A stretch of DNA of 59,819 bases from a virus (taxonomy: Duplodnaviria > Caudoviricetes): positions 1 through 59,819 of the IMG/VR virus record IMGVR_UViG_3300044710_000061; one strand, 5' to 3'. The notes below the pieces were generated by a model. It had not been told where the DNA came from, ran no database searches, and saw nothing but the letters and a program-made list of their open reading frames with translations. How positions within the stretch are numbered: the stretch's first letter is position 1; every line of letters begins with the position of its first letter. The position numbers were made by a program, and so were the translations under genes. Below are positions 9,001 through 18,176 of this stretch, piece by piece.

Positions 9001-11289
9001 CTACGGAGAGCCGCCGCCGATTGTGTTGCCAGTTCCACTATTGCCAACGTTAGATGTATTGGCGGCATAGTTATTTGACTGCACGTTGTTATTGTCTGCC
9101 CCAGCCTGCAAAGCTATACCGGTCGTAAATCCTTGTAATAGATTTCCGGTGATTATGTTTGAATCTGAACCCGACGTAAGTTCAATTCCGAACGTCGATG
9201 AATTAACTGTAGATAAGAAAGTATTTCCTACAAAAGCACAAGCCTGGCAGATGCCTAAAAATCCGACACCATTAGCGTTATTGACGAAAAAATCATTACC
9301 GGTAAACGTGACTCCGCCAACCAGCGTCTGAAACAGAACGTCAGAAACAATGTTATCAAAATTAGTCCCTTGGAGTAAGGCAGACGTTAATCCCCCAGTC
9401 TCCCCTGACAATGTAGCGATCCCATACTGATTTCCAATCAAATTCGATGAATTTACCTGCAGGCCCTGCACGAAAGAACCGAATAGTATTCCATATTGTT
9501 CAAATCCAATATTCGCAGATGTAACATTAAAGCCTACAGCAAAAGTAGAACTGGCCGGAAGCCCAACGAGAGATATACCGGTACCAAGACGACCGCTTGA
9601 CCCAAAAATGGATACGCCCGGTAAGTTGACATTGGATACATTGGCAATATTGACGCCGATAGTCCAGTAATCTGTGAGCGCGTATCCGTCGTCTCCTCGT
9701 ATCGTTACGTTACTAATATCCGACAACGCAGTAGTGGCAGGGTTGGAATTTGCAGAGCTTTGATTCAAAGTAATTGCGTTGCCGCCGGATGAGGCTCCAG
9801 TCGTAAAGGTCAAGTCTCGTATATGTACCGATGACGATGGACTGCCATAATTTATGACCATTCCTCCTGACGAATTCGGCCATGTTAATATTGTATTGTC
9901 AGAACCGCTTCCTCTCAGCGTGAGAGAAAAAATTCCAGTTGGAATGGAGATTGTAGGAGATGACTGGAAAAGGTATTTTCCTGGCTGAAAATAGATGCAT
10001 CCTCCGTTGCCAGTCATTGATGCAAATGCGTTCAATAGCGGCATTGTGTTGTCTGTGGAATCATTTCCAGCGCCGCCGAAGGCCGTAATAAGGATGCACT
10101 GATTAGTGTTGTTGACAATGATCGGGTTTAGAATGTGGAACGAATTCTCAGTCGCCGAATAGATCACGGATATAGGATTGTTAGCAACGAGTTCACCTCC
10201 GCTGAGTGCTTCCGGACCCTGCGATGTATCTTTGACCACAGGAATGGCGCCAAAGCTTGAAGGATTTATCGTTGTCGCCGCCGTGTTGTCCGATAGGGCA
10301 ATGAAGTTGATGATCGAACCATCCGTGGCATTGAATCCAGGATCTACCAGAGTGATAACATTTGGAGTACCACCCGCAATGCCGGCCCAAAAAACGTTCT
10401 GCTGGGCAGATGTGTCGGTCGTCAGCTTATCCCAGACAGTGTTGCCGATCGAATCTTGCAGAACCTGACGATAGATTCCCGTGCCGTAGATCGTGGCACA
10501 GCCATTGGCATCCAGCGTCACCGGATTAGTATTGAGCACGGTCTGTGTGCTGTTCTGCCAAGTCTGCTTGAAGGTGGTGGTGTTGGGAATGTAGAAAAAT
10601 ACGTTTCCGCCGGCCAAGGCGTTGTTGATTGTGATGCTCTCGACCTGAATGGAAAAACCGCTGGTGCTGCCAATCGACTCGGAGGCGGCAGAGATGGTGT
10701 CCCCTACTTGATATTGAATGCCAGGATTGAGAATAGTCACTTGCGTGACTGCGCCACCTGACACGGTAATGTTGGCCGTGGCGTTCATACCGGATCCACC
10801 GGTCACCAGTACGCCGGCATAAGTCCCAGAGGTTCCGCCTGTACCACCTATTAGGTTTCCCAATAGGCCGAGCATGCCTGTCCCTGTAGTGGACACACCA
10901 GACACGGGAACAGAGAATCCAGTTCCGGAGCCACCCAAATTGGCGGGAGATGCCGACAGCGTATCGTTCACCGCAAAGTGGGAACCGACATTGGTCATCG
11001 AAATTGTGGCTACAACGCCGCCAGCTACGACGATCGTAGCTCGAGCTCCAAAGCCATTACCGCCCGTCAAGGGAACGTTCGTGTACGTGGCATTGGCATA
11101 GCCGGACCCACCCGTAATCGTCCCCAGGGTCGTTATTGGACCGTATAGACCACCTGACGTTGGGGTTGTGGCGTTAAAACATTGCTCGCCGTTAGGTAAC
11201 AGGGTAGCGGCGGCGTGCGCTTGCTCAAGGTGGGCGCAAAAGGCTAGAATGGCCGGTATGAGCCGTGAGGCAACTTTTCTCGTCATCAT
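9001..11289 (-). CDS. Tailspike with beta-helix body and a signal peptide
   Basis: LAGGNVFFYIPNTTTFKQTW...NTNPVTLDANG virion-attachment module; FGGAGNDSTDNT...IYFQPGKY pectate-lyase-like start; N-terminus ends AHA|A. Confidence 0.8.
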   Translation of the reverse strand: MMTRKVASRLIPAILAFCAHLEQAHAAATLLPNGEQCFNATTPTSGGLYGPITTLGTITGGSGYANATYTNVPLTGGNGFGARATIVVAGGVVATISMTNVGSHFAVNDTLSASPANLGGSGTGFSVPVSGVSTTGTGMLGLLGNLIGGTGGTSGTYAGVLVTGGSGMNATANITVSGGAVTQVTILNPGIQYQVGDTISAASESIGSTSGFSIQVESITINNALAGGNVFFYIPNTTTFKQTWQNSTQTVLNTNPVTLDANGCATIYGTGIYRQVLQDSIGNTVWDKLTTDTSAQQNVFWAGIAGGTPNVITLVDPGFNATDGSIINFIALSDNTAATTINPSSFGAIPVVKDTSQGPEALSGGELVANNPISVIYSATENSFHILNPIIVNNTNQCILITAFGGAGNDSTDNTMPLLNAFASMTGNGGCIYFQPGKYLFQSSPTISIPTGIFSLTLRGSGSDNTILTWPNSSGGMVINYGSPSSSVHIRDLTFTTGASSGGNAITLNQSSANSNPATTALSDISNVTIRGDDGYALTDYWTIGVNIANVSNVNLPGVSIFGSSGRLGTGISLVGLPASSTFAVGFNVTSANIGFEQYGILFGSFVQGLQVNSSNLIGNQYGIATLSGETGGLTSALLQGTNFDNIVSDVLFQTLVGGVTFTGNDFFVNNANGVGFLGICQACAFVGNTFLSTVNSSTFGIELTSGSDSNIITGNLLQGFTTGIALQAGADNNNVQSNNYAANTSNVGNSGTGNTIGGGSP

Positions 11290-11545
11290 ATGGGGCCTGT
11301 TTTGGCTGGGCGCATGTTTGCGCTCAATGACCTATTGGATAGTCGTTGTTTTCTTAGCCGTGATGCTCCAGTGGATCGATAAAGTGCCGATCGCGTACGA
11401 ACATCTCGACAACATCGAGCATTGGTGGCTATTCGGCTGCAATGTTCTGGTGCTGATAATTATTGCCCAAGCCGGCTATCTCCGCGATGCATTGGCGAAG
11501 CGAAAACAATCACGGATTCTCAGCGGGATGGACCGTAACTCGTAG
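11258..11545 (+). CDS. Antisense membrane protein, superinfection-exclusion candidate (alternative start 11327)
   Basis: Two to three TM segments; lies between ejection genes and tailspike, where P22 carries sieA/immI. Confidence 0.45.
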   Translation: MSREATFLVIIWGLFWLGACLRSMTYWIVVVFLAVMLQWIDKVPIAYEHLDNIEHWWLFGCNVLVLIIIAQAGYLRDALAKRKQSRILSGMDRNS

Positions 11546-13840
11546 CGGTTCGCGTTGAGTTGTTGCTAATCCAGGAAGTAAATTCAGACCCCCCGGTTGA
11601 TTCCCGCGGAGACCTGACCTGATCATGGCGTTCGCTATCGTATTGCTGCGCGCAACTGATCCAAGGCCAGCGCCAGCGGCAAGCGTTCCCGCACCTATGA
11701 GGGCATTCCTCTGCCAACTATCGGGATCGATATAAGTTGATCCACCGAGACCCACAGCCCCGAGCCCAAGAGCCCCGGCAGCTGCTTGCGGTAAATGCTG
11801 AAGAAGAAGAGAGCGCTCTGCAGTCCCACTACTCGACGGCTCAACCAAGAAGCGCCTGGCAATGCGCCCTAATTCACCGGCATCGGTGCTACTGTAATCA
11901 AGAGCCTTGAGAATTTTAGCTGGTGAGATGTTCCCCGTCGTCGCCTCATTGGCCAATGGTTCTAATGATTTAGCTACAAAATATTTGTAGTCAGCAGCAT
12001 CCTTAAGGGCTTTCATCTGAGGATTGTTGCGCCCGACAAGATTTTCCAGCGCATCCTTAATGTCAGATGCGTAGGTACCGATTTTTGAATCCTTAGAATT
12101 GATGGCCTTATCAAGGGGGCCGTTCTCACGCGTGAGGGATTGGAATAGGTCAGGGTCAAGCGTGTGCGTCCCCTGATTGACCTTATCCAATACGTTCCCG
12201 ATATGGCCCTCGACCAACCTAGCTTGTGGCTTTTCTAGATTGTAACGCGCATTGGTTAGCGTGTCGGTCAGATCCTGATAGAATTTCTGATCGAGGTTGA
12301 GGTGGCCCATATTGGCCTTGGCGGCGTCATATAGTCCGTAAGCAGTTCTCTTCGCCGTATTGATCACGTCTGGCGTGATCTTATCCGAGGCAACTCCCAT
12401 CTCATTAGCTAGACCGCGCTGCAACGCAGCTTGCTGCTGTGCGGAATGTGGGCCTACACCAGTGAACGGTAATCGCTGAAGGACCGAGTCCATAAATCGA
12501 ACAGTCGGATTTTCAGAAATCTGAGACCACCGAACCGGTATCCCGAACTTTTGCCTTGCTGTCTGGGCGAGTTGCGCGGTGTCGCGATCAATGCCAAACA
12601 AGCGACCGAATTCACTGCCCACCACCCCTAGAGGCGCCCCGAACTCGGCTCCAGCCCTGGCCTGCTCCAAAACAGGCGTGTCAGATTTTGCTGATGTAAG
12701 GACGTTGGTGCCGGCGCCCGTCGCCGCCCCTGTAAGAGCCGGTCCAAGGATGCGTCCGGCATAAGGAATGCGAGAGATGGCCCCCAATGCTGGGGTAACT
12801 CCTGGCACCGCGCTCAAGGCACCGCCGCCGGCTGCAAGCATCGGAGCTGTTCCGGAAATCTCACCACCGACTTCTCCAAGTCTGCCAGCAAAACCGGGAT
12901 CTGATGCCTCGTAACCAGCCCTATTGGCCTCAATTCCAGACTGAACACCACGGCGCCAATCTGACACAGCCTGCGCATTCTCTGGAGAGAGGTAGCCATG
13001 CGCAGCCAAAGAACTTGCGCCCCTTTCACCGAGCGCCGCAATACCTTGAGCCAATGTATCGCCGACCGTGCCAATGCCTCTTCCAATACCTGCCGCTGCT
13101 CTTATGGCAACGTCAGACATGCTATCCGGAGACTTGCCGGTTACGAGGTCGGTGATATTCTTCGGACCGTGCCCGTGGGCTTCACCGGTAATGCGATTGA
13201 TAAACTCAGGAATCGTCTCTCTGTCTGATGCCTTCGCAGTTGTGGGAGACGAAGATGGCGAGGGCGCAGCTGGTGCCGCTGGGGACTCAGTATCCTTCGA
13301 AAGCCAATCCCCTACGTAATCCCTGGCCTCTGCCGGAACAGCAGCGGGTGGTGCAGACTTCTTCGGCGCTTCTGGCTCCGCATTCAGCCAATCGTTGATG
13401 TAATCGCGATCCGGCATGCCAGACACTCTTCCTTCAGGGGCATAGAAAACGTGGCTGCCAATTCTCAAACCTTGACCATGTGCCCAATCTGGCAAGCGAC
13501 CGTAGCGCTGTTGGACAATATTCGGTTCCAGAAAATGAGTCATTCCCTTGGTTGGGTCAGCAATCTTTCCAGCGAGAACACCATCGACAATTTGCGCTGT
13601 GCGTTGATAGCGATCTGAATTTACAGGAATGTTGATCAGTTCATTCGATCTGGTGTCCCATGGCTCCCATTGCCCTTTGGCAAATAGGACATCCGGCATT
13701 GTCTTTCCGTATTTTCCTGAAGCAAGTCGGTTAAGGGCGACATGTGCTACCGCAGCCTGACCGAGAGCAGGCTGATCATCAGCCTCCCCGATGACGGTTC
13801 TGATAAGAAGATCACGCGAGACGCGATCAAGATCAGGCAT
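11510..13840 (-). CDS. DNA ejection protein with an N-terminal SleB/Hydrolase_2 cell-wall hydrolase domain
   Basis: GEA...AVAHVALNR...GQWEPW...DPTKGMTHF...IGSHVFY motif; Gly/Ala-rich remainder; gp16-like position. Confidence 0.75.
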   Translation of the reverse strand: MPDLDRVSRDLLIRTVIGEADDQPALGQAAVAHVALNRLASGKYGKTMPDVLFAKGQWEPWDTRSNELINIPVNSDRYQRTAQIVDGVLAGKIADPTKGMTHFLEPNIVQQRYGRLPDWAHGQGLRIGSHVFYAPEGRVSGMPDRDYINDWLNAEPEAPKKSAPPAAVPAEARDYVGDWLSKDTESPAAPAAPSPSSSPTTAKASDRETIPEFINRITGEAHGHGPKNITDLVTGKSPDSMSDVAIRAAAGIGRGIGTVGDTLAQGIAALGERGASSLAAHGYLSPENAQAVSDWRRGVQSGIEANRAGYEASDPGFAGRLGEVGGEISGTAPMLAAGGGALSAVPGVTPALGAISRIPYAGRILGPALTGAATGAGTNVLTSAKSDTPVLEQARAGAEFGAPLGVVGSEFGRLFGIDRDTAQLAQTARQKFGIPVRWSQISENPTVRFMDSVLQRLPFTGVGPHSAQQQAALQRGLANEMGVASDKITPDVINTAKRTAYGLYDAAKANMGHLNLDQKFYQDLTDTLTNARYNLEKPQARLVEGHIGNVLDKVNQGTHTLDPDLFQSLTRENGPLDKAINSKDSKIGTYASDIKDALENLVGRNNPQMKALKDAADYKYFVAKSLEPLANEATTGNISPAKILKALDYSSTDAGELGRIARRFLVEPSSSGTAERSLLLQHLPQAAAGALGLGAVGLGGSTYIDPDSWQRNALIGAGTLAAGAGLGSVARSNTIANAMIRSGLRGNQPGGLNLLPGLATTQREPLRVTVHPAENP

Positions 13841-13853
13841 CTAATTAACCCGA

Positions 13854-15101
13854 TTACCTTTTCGCCGCAGCAGGCATATCAATGATCCCTGCCTCGTCGG
13901 CTGACCGTAGAGAATTGTTAACCCGCGCCCGCTCTGCTGGAGTCAATGATTTAAGGAACTTAGCTCGCTCCGCAGGCTCCATCAGATCGATTTTGAACGC
14001 TCTGATATCGTTTTTCTTAGTCCAATCCGCCTTTGCAGCCGCGTAATTCTCCGGTCCAGCTTTGGACGCTTCTTGAATTTGCGCTTGTTCAGCCCGGTTA
14101 ACGGCAATGCCAGTCTTGATAAGATCCGGCAACGCAAAGTCTGTCACATGGACATTAGGAGAACCGCTCACCGTTGTGGATAGGCCTTGATCAGAGTGCA
14201 CCCCAAGGGAACCGGCTCGATTCTGCAGTGTCTGCGTCAAATACTTCTTGGCGCCGGCAAAATCCGCCAATTTCTTCGGGTCAATACCTAGCGCAGCGCC
14301 AAGCGTCGGGCTAAGCGACTGTATCAATCCGGCAACATCTTGCCGGGCTTCTGCGCCAGGTCCAAAGTTTCCGCCCTTGGCCTGGAAGTCATTTACGGCC
14401 CTTAGTGCTTCGGTCCACGGCGTCATCCTTTCATTAAATTTCGAAGCAACACCTTGATCCTCGACCAATCTGTTGGCGGATGCTTGAGCCGTCAAACCAA
14501 GCCCTGTCGGCAATACGCCAGCAATATTTGCAGAAGTTGTGGGAATGGTTCCTCTTGCTCCACCAGGACCGACAAGCTCCTGCCTATTGGATTGCTCAGC
14601 AGGAGAAAGACCGAGATTGCGAATCATTCCCTGCGTTTGAGGTCGGTTACGAGAATTAATCAGGGAATCCTGAATGGGAAGAACGAGATTTGTCGGAACG
14701 CCTAGACGTCTTGCCGTTGCGGCCGCCGCGTTCACACTCTCGTTGCTTGGATTGTCACCCAGAGCACCGAATACCGTGGATAGAATCTGCTTGAATTGGT
14801 TTGAATTCTGCGTCTGAGTGCCAATGACATTCTGAAGTTGCTGCGGAGCCTGGCCGCCGAACAAGGCTTCAGGATATTTCTGAAGCGCATCTCTAGCCTT
14901 TTCTGGATTAAGTGTCAGATCAGGATTGAGCGATTCCTGATAGACTTGGCCGATTGCATTTTTTGCCTTCAACTCCTGCATCAGAAGTTGATTGCGCGTT
15001 AAAGATTCGAAAAGTCCTAGCGCCTGCGTCGGATTAGCCCCTCCACCTTGCGAAGGCTGCGGATAGAGACCGATCGGAGGCGGTACAGCTAGATCAGGCA
15101 C
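13854..15101 (-). CDS. Probable DNA ejection (internal virion) protein
   Basis: Gln/Ala-rich helical protein within the ejection gene block. Confidence 0.6.
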   Translation of the reverse strand: MPDLAVPPPIGLYPQPSQGGGANPTQALGLFESLTRNQLLMQELKAKNAIGQVYQESLNPDLTLNPEKARDALQKYPEALFGGQAPQQLQNVIGTQTQNSNQFKQILSTVFGALGDNPSNESVNAAAATARRLGVPTNLVLPIQDSLINSRNRPQTQGMIRNLGLSPAEQSNRQELVGPGGARGTIPTTSANIAGVLPTGLGLTAQASANRLVEDQGVASKFNERMTPWTEALRAVNDFQAKGGNFGPGAEARQDVAGLIQSLSPTLGAALGIDPKKLADFAGAKKYLTQTLQNRAGSLGVHSDQGLSTTVSGSPNVHVTDFALPDLIKTGIAVNRAEQAQIQEASKAGPENYAAAKADWTKKNDIRAFKIDLMEPAERAKFLKSLTPAERARVNNSLRSADEAGIIDMPAAAKR

Positions 15102-15633
15102 GTCCGTAATGTCCCATTGCGCCTTGAATGTCGGCTAGGTGGTTATCGGGATCGGCTGTCTTATCGATTAATTGATCATGGACTCCGCCAAAGGCTTTGC
15201 CATGATCCTCAAGAACCTGAGCCTTAGCAAGGACAGCCTGTACAAGATGTTTCTGTAGCCACTGTTTCTGCTGAAACGGCTGATCTGGAACGCTAGCAAG
15301 CTGCGACACGGCGTCTCCCGGTGTTATGATGCGGCTAGCCACCAAATTGGCAACACCATCCGTGATCTTGGATTTAATATTGGATTTGCCGACTGCGGGA
15401 TCCTTTAGGATTGCCTTTAGCTCTTTTTCGATGGCGTCCATATGTCGGAGGACGGCAACTGTCTGCCCATGCGTAGGCGCTGGAGCCTGCGGGGCACCCT
15501 GCTGGGCACCTGAAGCCATTGCCTGTCCTGGCATAGGAGCGCCTTGCAATACCCCTCCTTGAGGCTGCCCCGGTGCCTGGATGGTGTTCGGAGCGGGAGG
15601 TGGTCCGCCCGCATCAAGTACGCCTTGAGCCAT
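15094..15633 (-). CDS. Hypothetical virion-associated protein
   Basis: Start MAQGVL with an upstream SD; Pro/Gln-rich N-terminus. Confidence 0.55.
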   Translation of the reverse strand: MAQGVLDAGGPPPAPNTIQAPGQPQGGVLQGAPMPGQAMASGAQQGAPQAPAPTHGQTVAVLRHMDAIEKELKAILKDPAVGKSNIKSKITDGVANLVASRIITPGDAVSQLASVPDQPFQQKQWLQKHLVQAVLAKAQVLEDHGKAFGGVHDQLIDKTADPDNHLADIQGAMGHYGRA

Positions 15634-15635
15634 GA

Positions 15636-15857
15636 TCAGTTCTCCACCGGAGTGATGGCATCGGGTGTCATCCCTGGGCCAATGCGATGCCGCAAAGTAT
15701 TGCGGCCGTGGCAGCCAGGGCACTCCAAGGTAGGTGCACTCGGCCAGACATATGCCGTGAATTCTTTGCCGCAGTCCTGGCAATCAACCCTGAAGCGTAC
15801 CGACCCCTGTAGCGCAGCTCTGATTTTCGCTAGTTCTTCATCGCGCGCCATGTTCAT
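15636..15857 (-). CDS. Small zinc-ribbon protein
   Basis: CQDC...CPGC; ATGA overlap with the upstream gene. Confidence 0.5.
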   Translation of the reverse strand: MNMARDEELAKIRAALQGSVRFRVDCQDCGKEFTAYVWPSAPTLECPGCHGRNTLRHRIGPGMTPDAITPVEN

Positions 15858-16261
15858 CCATAAATTCCAGAGCCACCGAACCCGCCATTCATTGATGGAC
15901 CCGCACCGCCGATACCAAGCTTTTGTAGGAGCATTGAGACTAGCTGTTGCCATTGCTGGCCTGATCCCGATGAGGCGCTTGGCGCAGCTGTGACACTGGG
16001 ATTCGATGCCCCTAGCGAGGATCCAAAAGGCTGGCTCTGCATTAGGTTGGACTGGCCCCCGAGAATAGGTGATGATACTGGCCCACTTAAAGACATTCCA
16101 GGCGAAGCTATATCCGGTTGCCCCGGCTGATTCTGCTGTCCTTGTCCAAGGGATCCTAATCCGGCCAACTGGGTCATGGCAGAAGTCCTGATGCCAGCGT
16201 TTGCATTCAGCATCCCGGCCGGGGTCTGCAGACTTTGGCCGCCGAGCAATAAGGGGAACAT
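15854..16261 (-). CDS. Gly/Ser/Gln-rich ejection-type protein
   Basis: Composition and position. Confidence 0.5.
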   Translation of the reverse strand: MFPLLLGGQSLQTPAGMLNANAGIRTSAMTQLAGLGSLGQGQQNQPGQPDIASPGMSLSGPVSSPILGGQSNLMQSQPFGSSLGASNPSVTAAPSASSGSGQQWQQLVSMLLQKLGIGGAGPSMNGGFGGSGIYG

Positions 16262-16267
16262 TTATCC

Positions 16268-16948
16268 TCAGGCCGGCGTTGGAATTGCAGTGTTGGTAAG
16301 ATTGGCCACTTGGCCGCCATAGATATCGCCACCTCCGCCGCCAAACTTGTTGCTTATCCCATAGAGCAGTGCGGCATTGCCCAAGCTGCTAGTCGTACCA
16401 GTCAATCCAGACGATATGGCATTGGCTGATCCTAGCGTTCCCGCGGCCTGCGCATTGCCAATGCTGGAAAGCGCCGACTGCGATCCACCTGACAAAGCAG
16501 TAGCCGCCGACCCCTCAAGATTAAGACCCGATTGTGCCAAGCTCTGCAGCGAACCTGTGTAATTCCCAAAAGCCTGTTGCGCCAATCCGGTCGCATAATT
16601 CGAGGCTGCAGTAAGGGTATTTCCACCAAGACCCATGGCGGTTCCCGCGTTCTGCGCGGCCGTCTGGCCCCATTGTTGGGCAAATTGAAATCCCGGTAGT
16701 TGAGAAAGCGTGGCCGTCTGGCTTGGTCCTGGAGTGAGAAGCTTTTCCAGAGTCGGAAGGGCAGAACCGGCAATCCCCTGACCTTGTGTAATCAACGGGC
16801 CGATCGTCTGTTGCAGCATCTTCAACACTTGCTGTTGAGCGGCAACTTGTTGGCTCGAAGCCTGCTGCGCAGCATTGGATCCTATGATAGAAGAACCGAT
16901 CGATCCGACGGCGCCAAGGCCGCCCATTATCAATGCGCTGGTCGGCAT
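16268..16948 (-). CDS. DNA transfer protein, P22 gp7-like
   Basis: GSIGSSIIGSNAAQQA N-terminus, PGFQFAQQWG, GNAQAAGTLGSANA. Confidence 0.7.
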   Translation of the reverse strand: MPTSALIMGGLGAVGSIGSSIIGSNAAQQASSQQVAAQQQVLKMLQQTIGPLITQGQGIAGSALPTLEKLLTPGPSQTATLSQLPGFQFAQQWGQTAAQNAGTAMGLGGNTLTAASNYATGLAQQAFGNYTGSLQSLAQSGLNLEGSAATALSGGSQSALSSIGNAQAAGTLGSANAISSGLTGTTSSLGNAALLYGISNKFGGGGGDIYGGQVANLTNTAIPTPA

Positions 16949-17733
16949 TTCACCACCTTAAAGGTGTCACCGGTGACGTGAATCATGGATTCGCCCATAT
17001 CCAGGAAAACCGGATTTTTTGATATGAGGTTGATCTGCTGATAACCGGCAACGCGCGCCCAGCGATTGTAGAGGACTATGCCCTTTTCAGGCTCACCGCC
17101 CCTTATCATCTCGACGGCAGCGCCCACCGCAAGATCATGTGCCTCATCATCCGGATGAGACTGGTGCACGAAATCGTGGCGCTCGTATTCTTCCTCGAGC
17201 TTGACGTGGAATAGGCGCCCGGTCTCCATGACTGGCTTTGGCTTCTTGGCCAGCCAATCGTATATTGTCATTATATACACGCGCACATCTACAAGCCCGC
17301 TTTCTGTCGGCCATACCTTTTTTCTTTCAAACCATAAGTTACCGCCCACATAGCGGGCCAGAGCTTCTGCAGCGCGGTTGAATGATGGGACTTGAGTTTG
17401 GACGATGGCGCAGCTCGTCTTCGTGAAGATCCACCGCAATGCCTCCTGTACGACCCACGCGGCGTGCTTGCCACGATGATCTTCAGTGAAATTGATGTGT
17501 ACCTCATAGATACCACTTCCAGGCTCTGCGTCCGGCGTGAAGACAATCACACCGCCCTTGGCGACCAAGAAGACATATCGAGGGTCTGTAACGAGAGGCG
17601 TGACGTCAAGCGGCGGACAATCGGGCTGACTAATCAAAGGAAACACGCTTGGGTCGTTCAGGATCCTGTTGATTTCCGTTGGACTCTCCATTTCCCTATG
17701 AAGGAGAGCATGTCCGTTCATTTCTTGATTCAT
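16930..17733 (-). CDS. GNAT-like head-completion protein (P22 gp14-like position)
   Basis: YEVHINF...RGK...WIFTKT...VPSFNRAAEALA acetyltransferase-like pattern. Confidence 0.6.
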   Translation of the reverse strand: MNQEMNGHALLHREMESPTEINRILNDPSVFPLISQPDCPPLDVTPLVTDPRYVFLVAKGGVIVFTPDAEPGSGIYEVHINFTEDHRGKHAAWVVQEALRWIFTKTSCAIVQTQVPSFNRAAEALARYVGGNLWFERKKVWPTESGLVDVRVYIMTIYDWLAKKPKPVMETGRLFHVKLEEEYERHDFVHQSHPDDEAHDLAVGAAVEMIRGGEPEKGIVLYNRWARVAGYQQINLISKNPVFLDMGESMIHVTGDTFKVVKCRPAH

Positions 17734-18176
17734 AGACCCGTCGTAAGCCGAACGAGATAAATCTGAGTGGTAGTCCAGACCTCGAACAAAGCTAGATCAC
17801 CAGGTGCAAGCGAATAGGGAGCGTTAGCTCCCCCGCCGTTAATCATTGCACCGGCAAACGGATACACATTGATAGCTGACCCCGTATTGTTCAATACGGA
17901 AATATCGTTTCCTGGTTGCATGCTGGGCATCGCCACACCGCCAGTACCGCTATCTATTCTGTTCCAATCCGCGGTAAGCCCAAGCGCATCTTTCTGCGAA
18001 CTGCCAGACGCCACCAACCCAATCTTGGCAAGAGGAACGATACCGGTTCCTGAACCGGTTCTATTGAACACGGCCAGCATCCACTTATAAAAGGTGGAAG
18101 TTGGCTGACCATTTTGCTGATTGATGATCGGCGTTCCGCCAGACATAAAGTTGAACGGAAACGACTGAAAGCTCAT
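17730..18176 (-). CDS. Tail needle/knob-like protein
   Basis: Follows the gp10-like gene; beta-sandwich C-terminus similar to 19893..20315. Confidence 0.5.
   Translation of the reverse strand: MSFQSFPFNFMSGGTPIINQQNGQPTSTFYKWMLAVFNRTGSGTGIVPLAKIGLVASGSSQKDALGLTADWNRIDSGTGGVAMPSMQPGNDISVLNNTGSAINVYPFAGAMINGGGANAPYSLAPGDLALFEVWTTTQIYLVRLTTGL

Noticed and set aside
7201-11289. Diversity-generating retroelement or invertible tail-fibre switch
   Set aside because: No reverse transcriptase, no template/variable repeat pair differing at adenines, and no invertase was seen.
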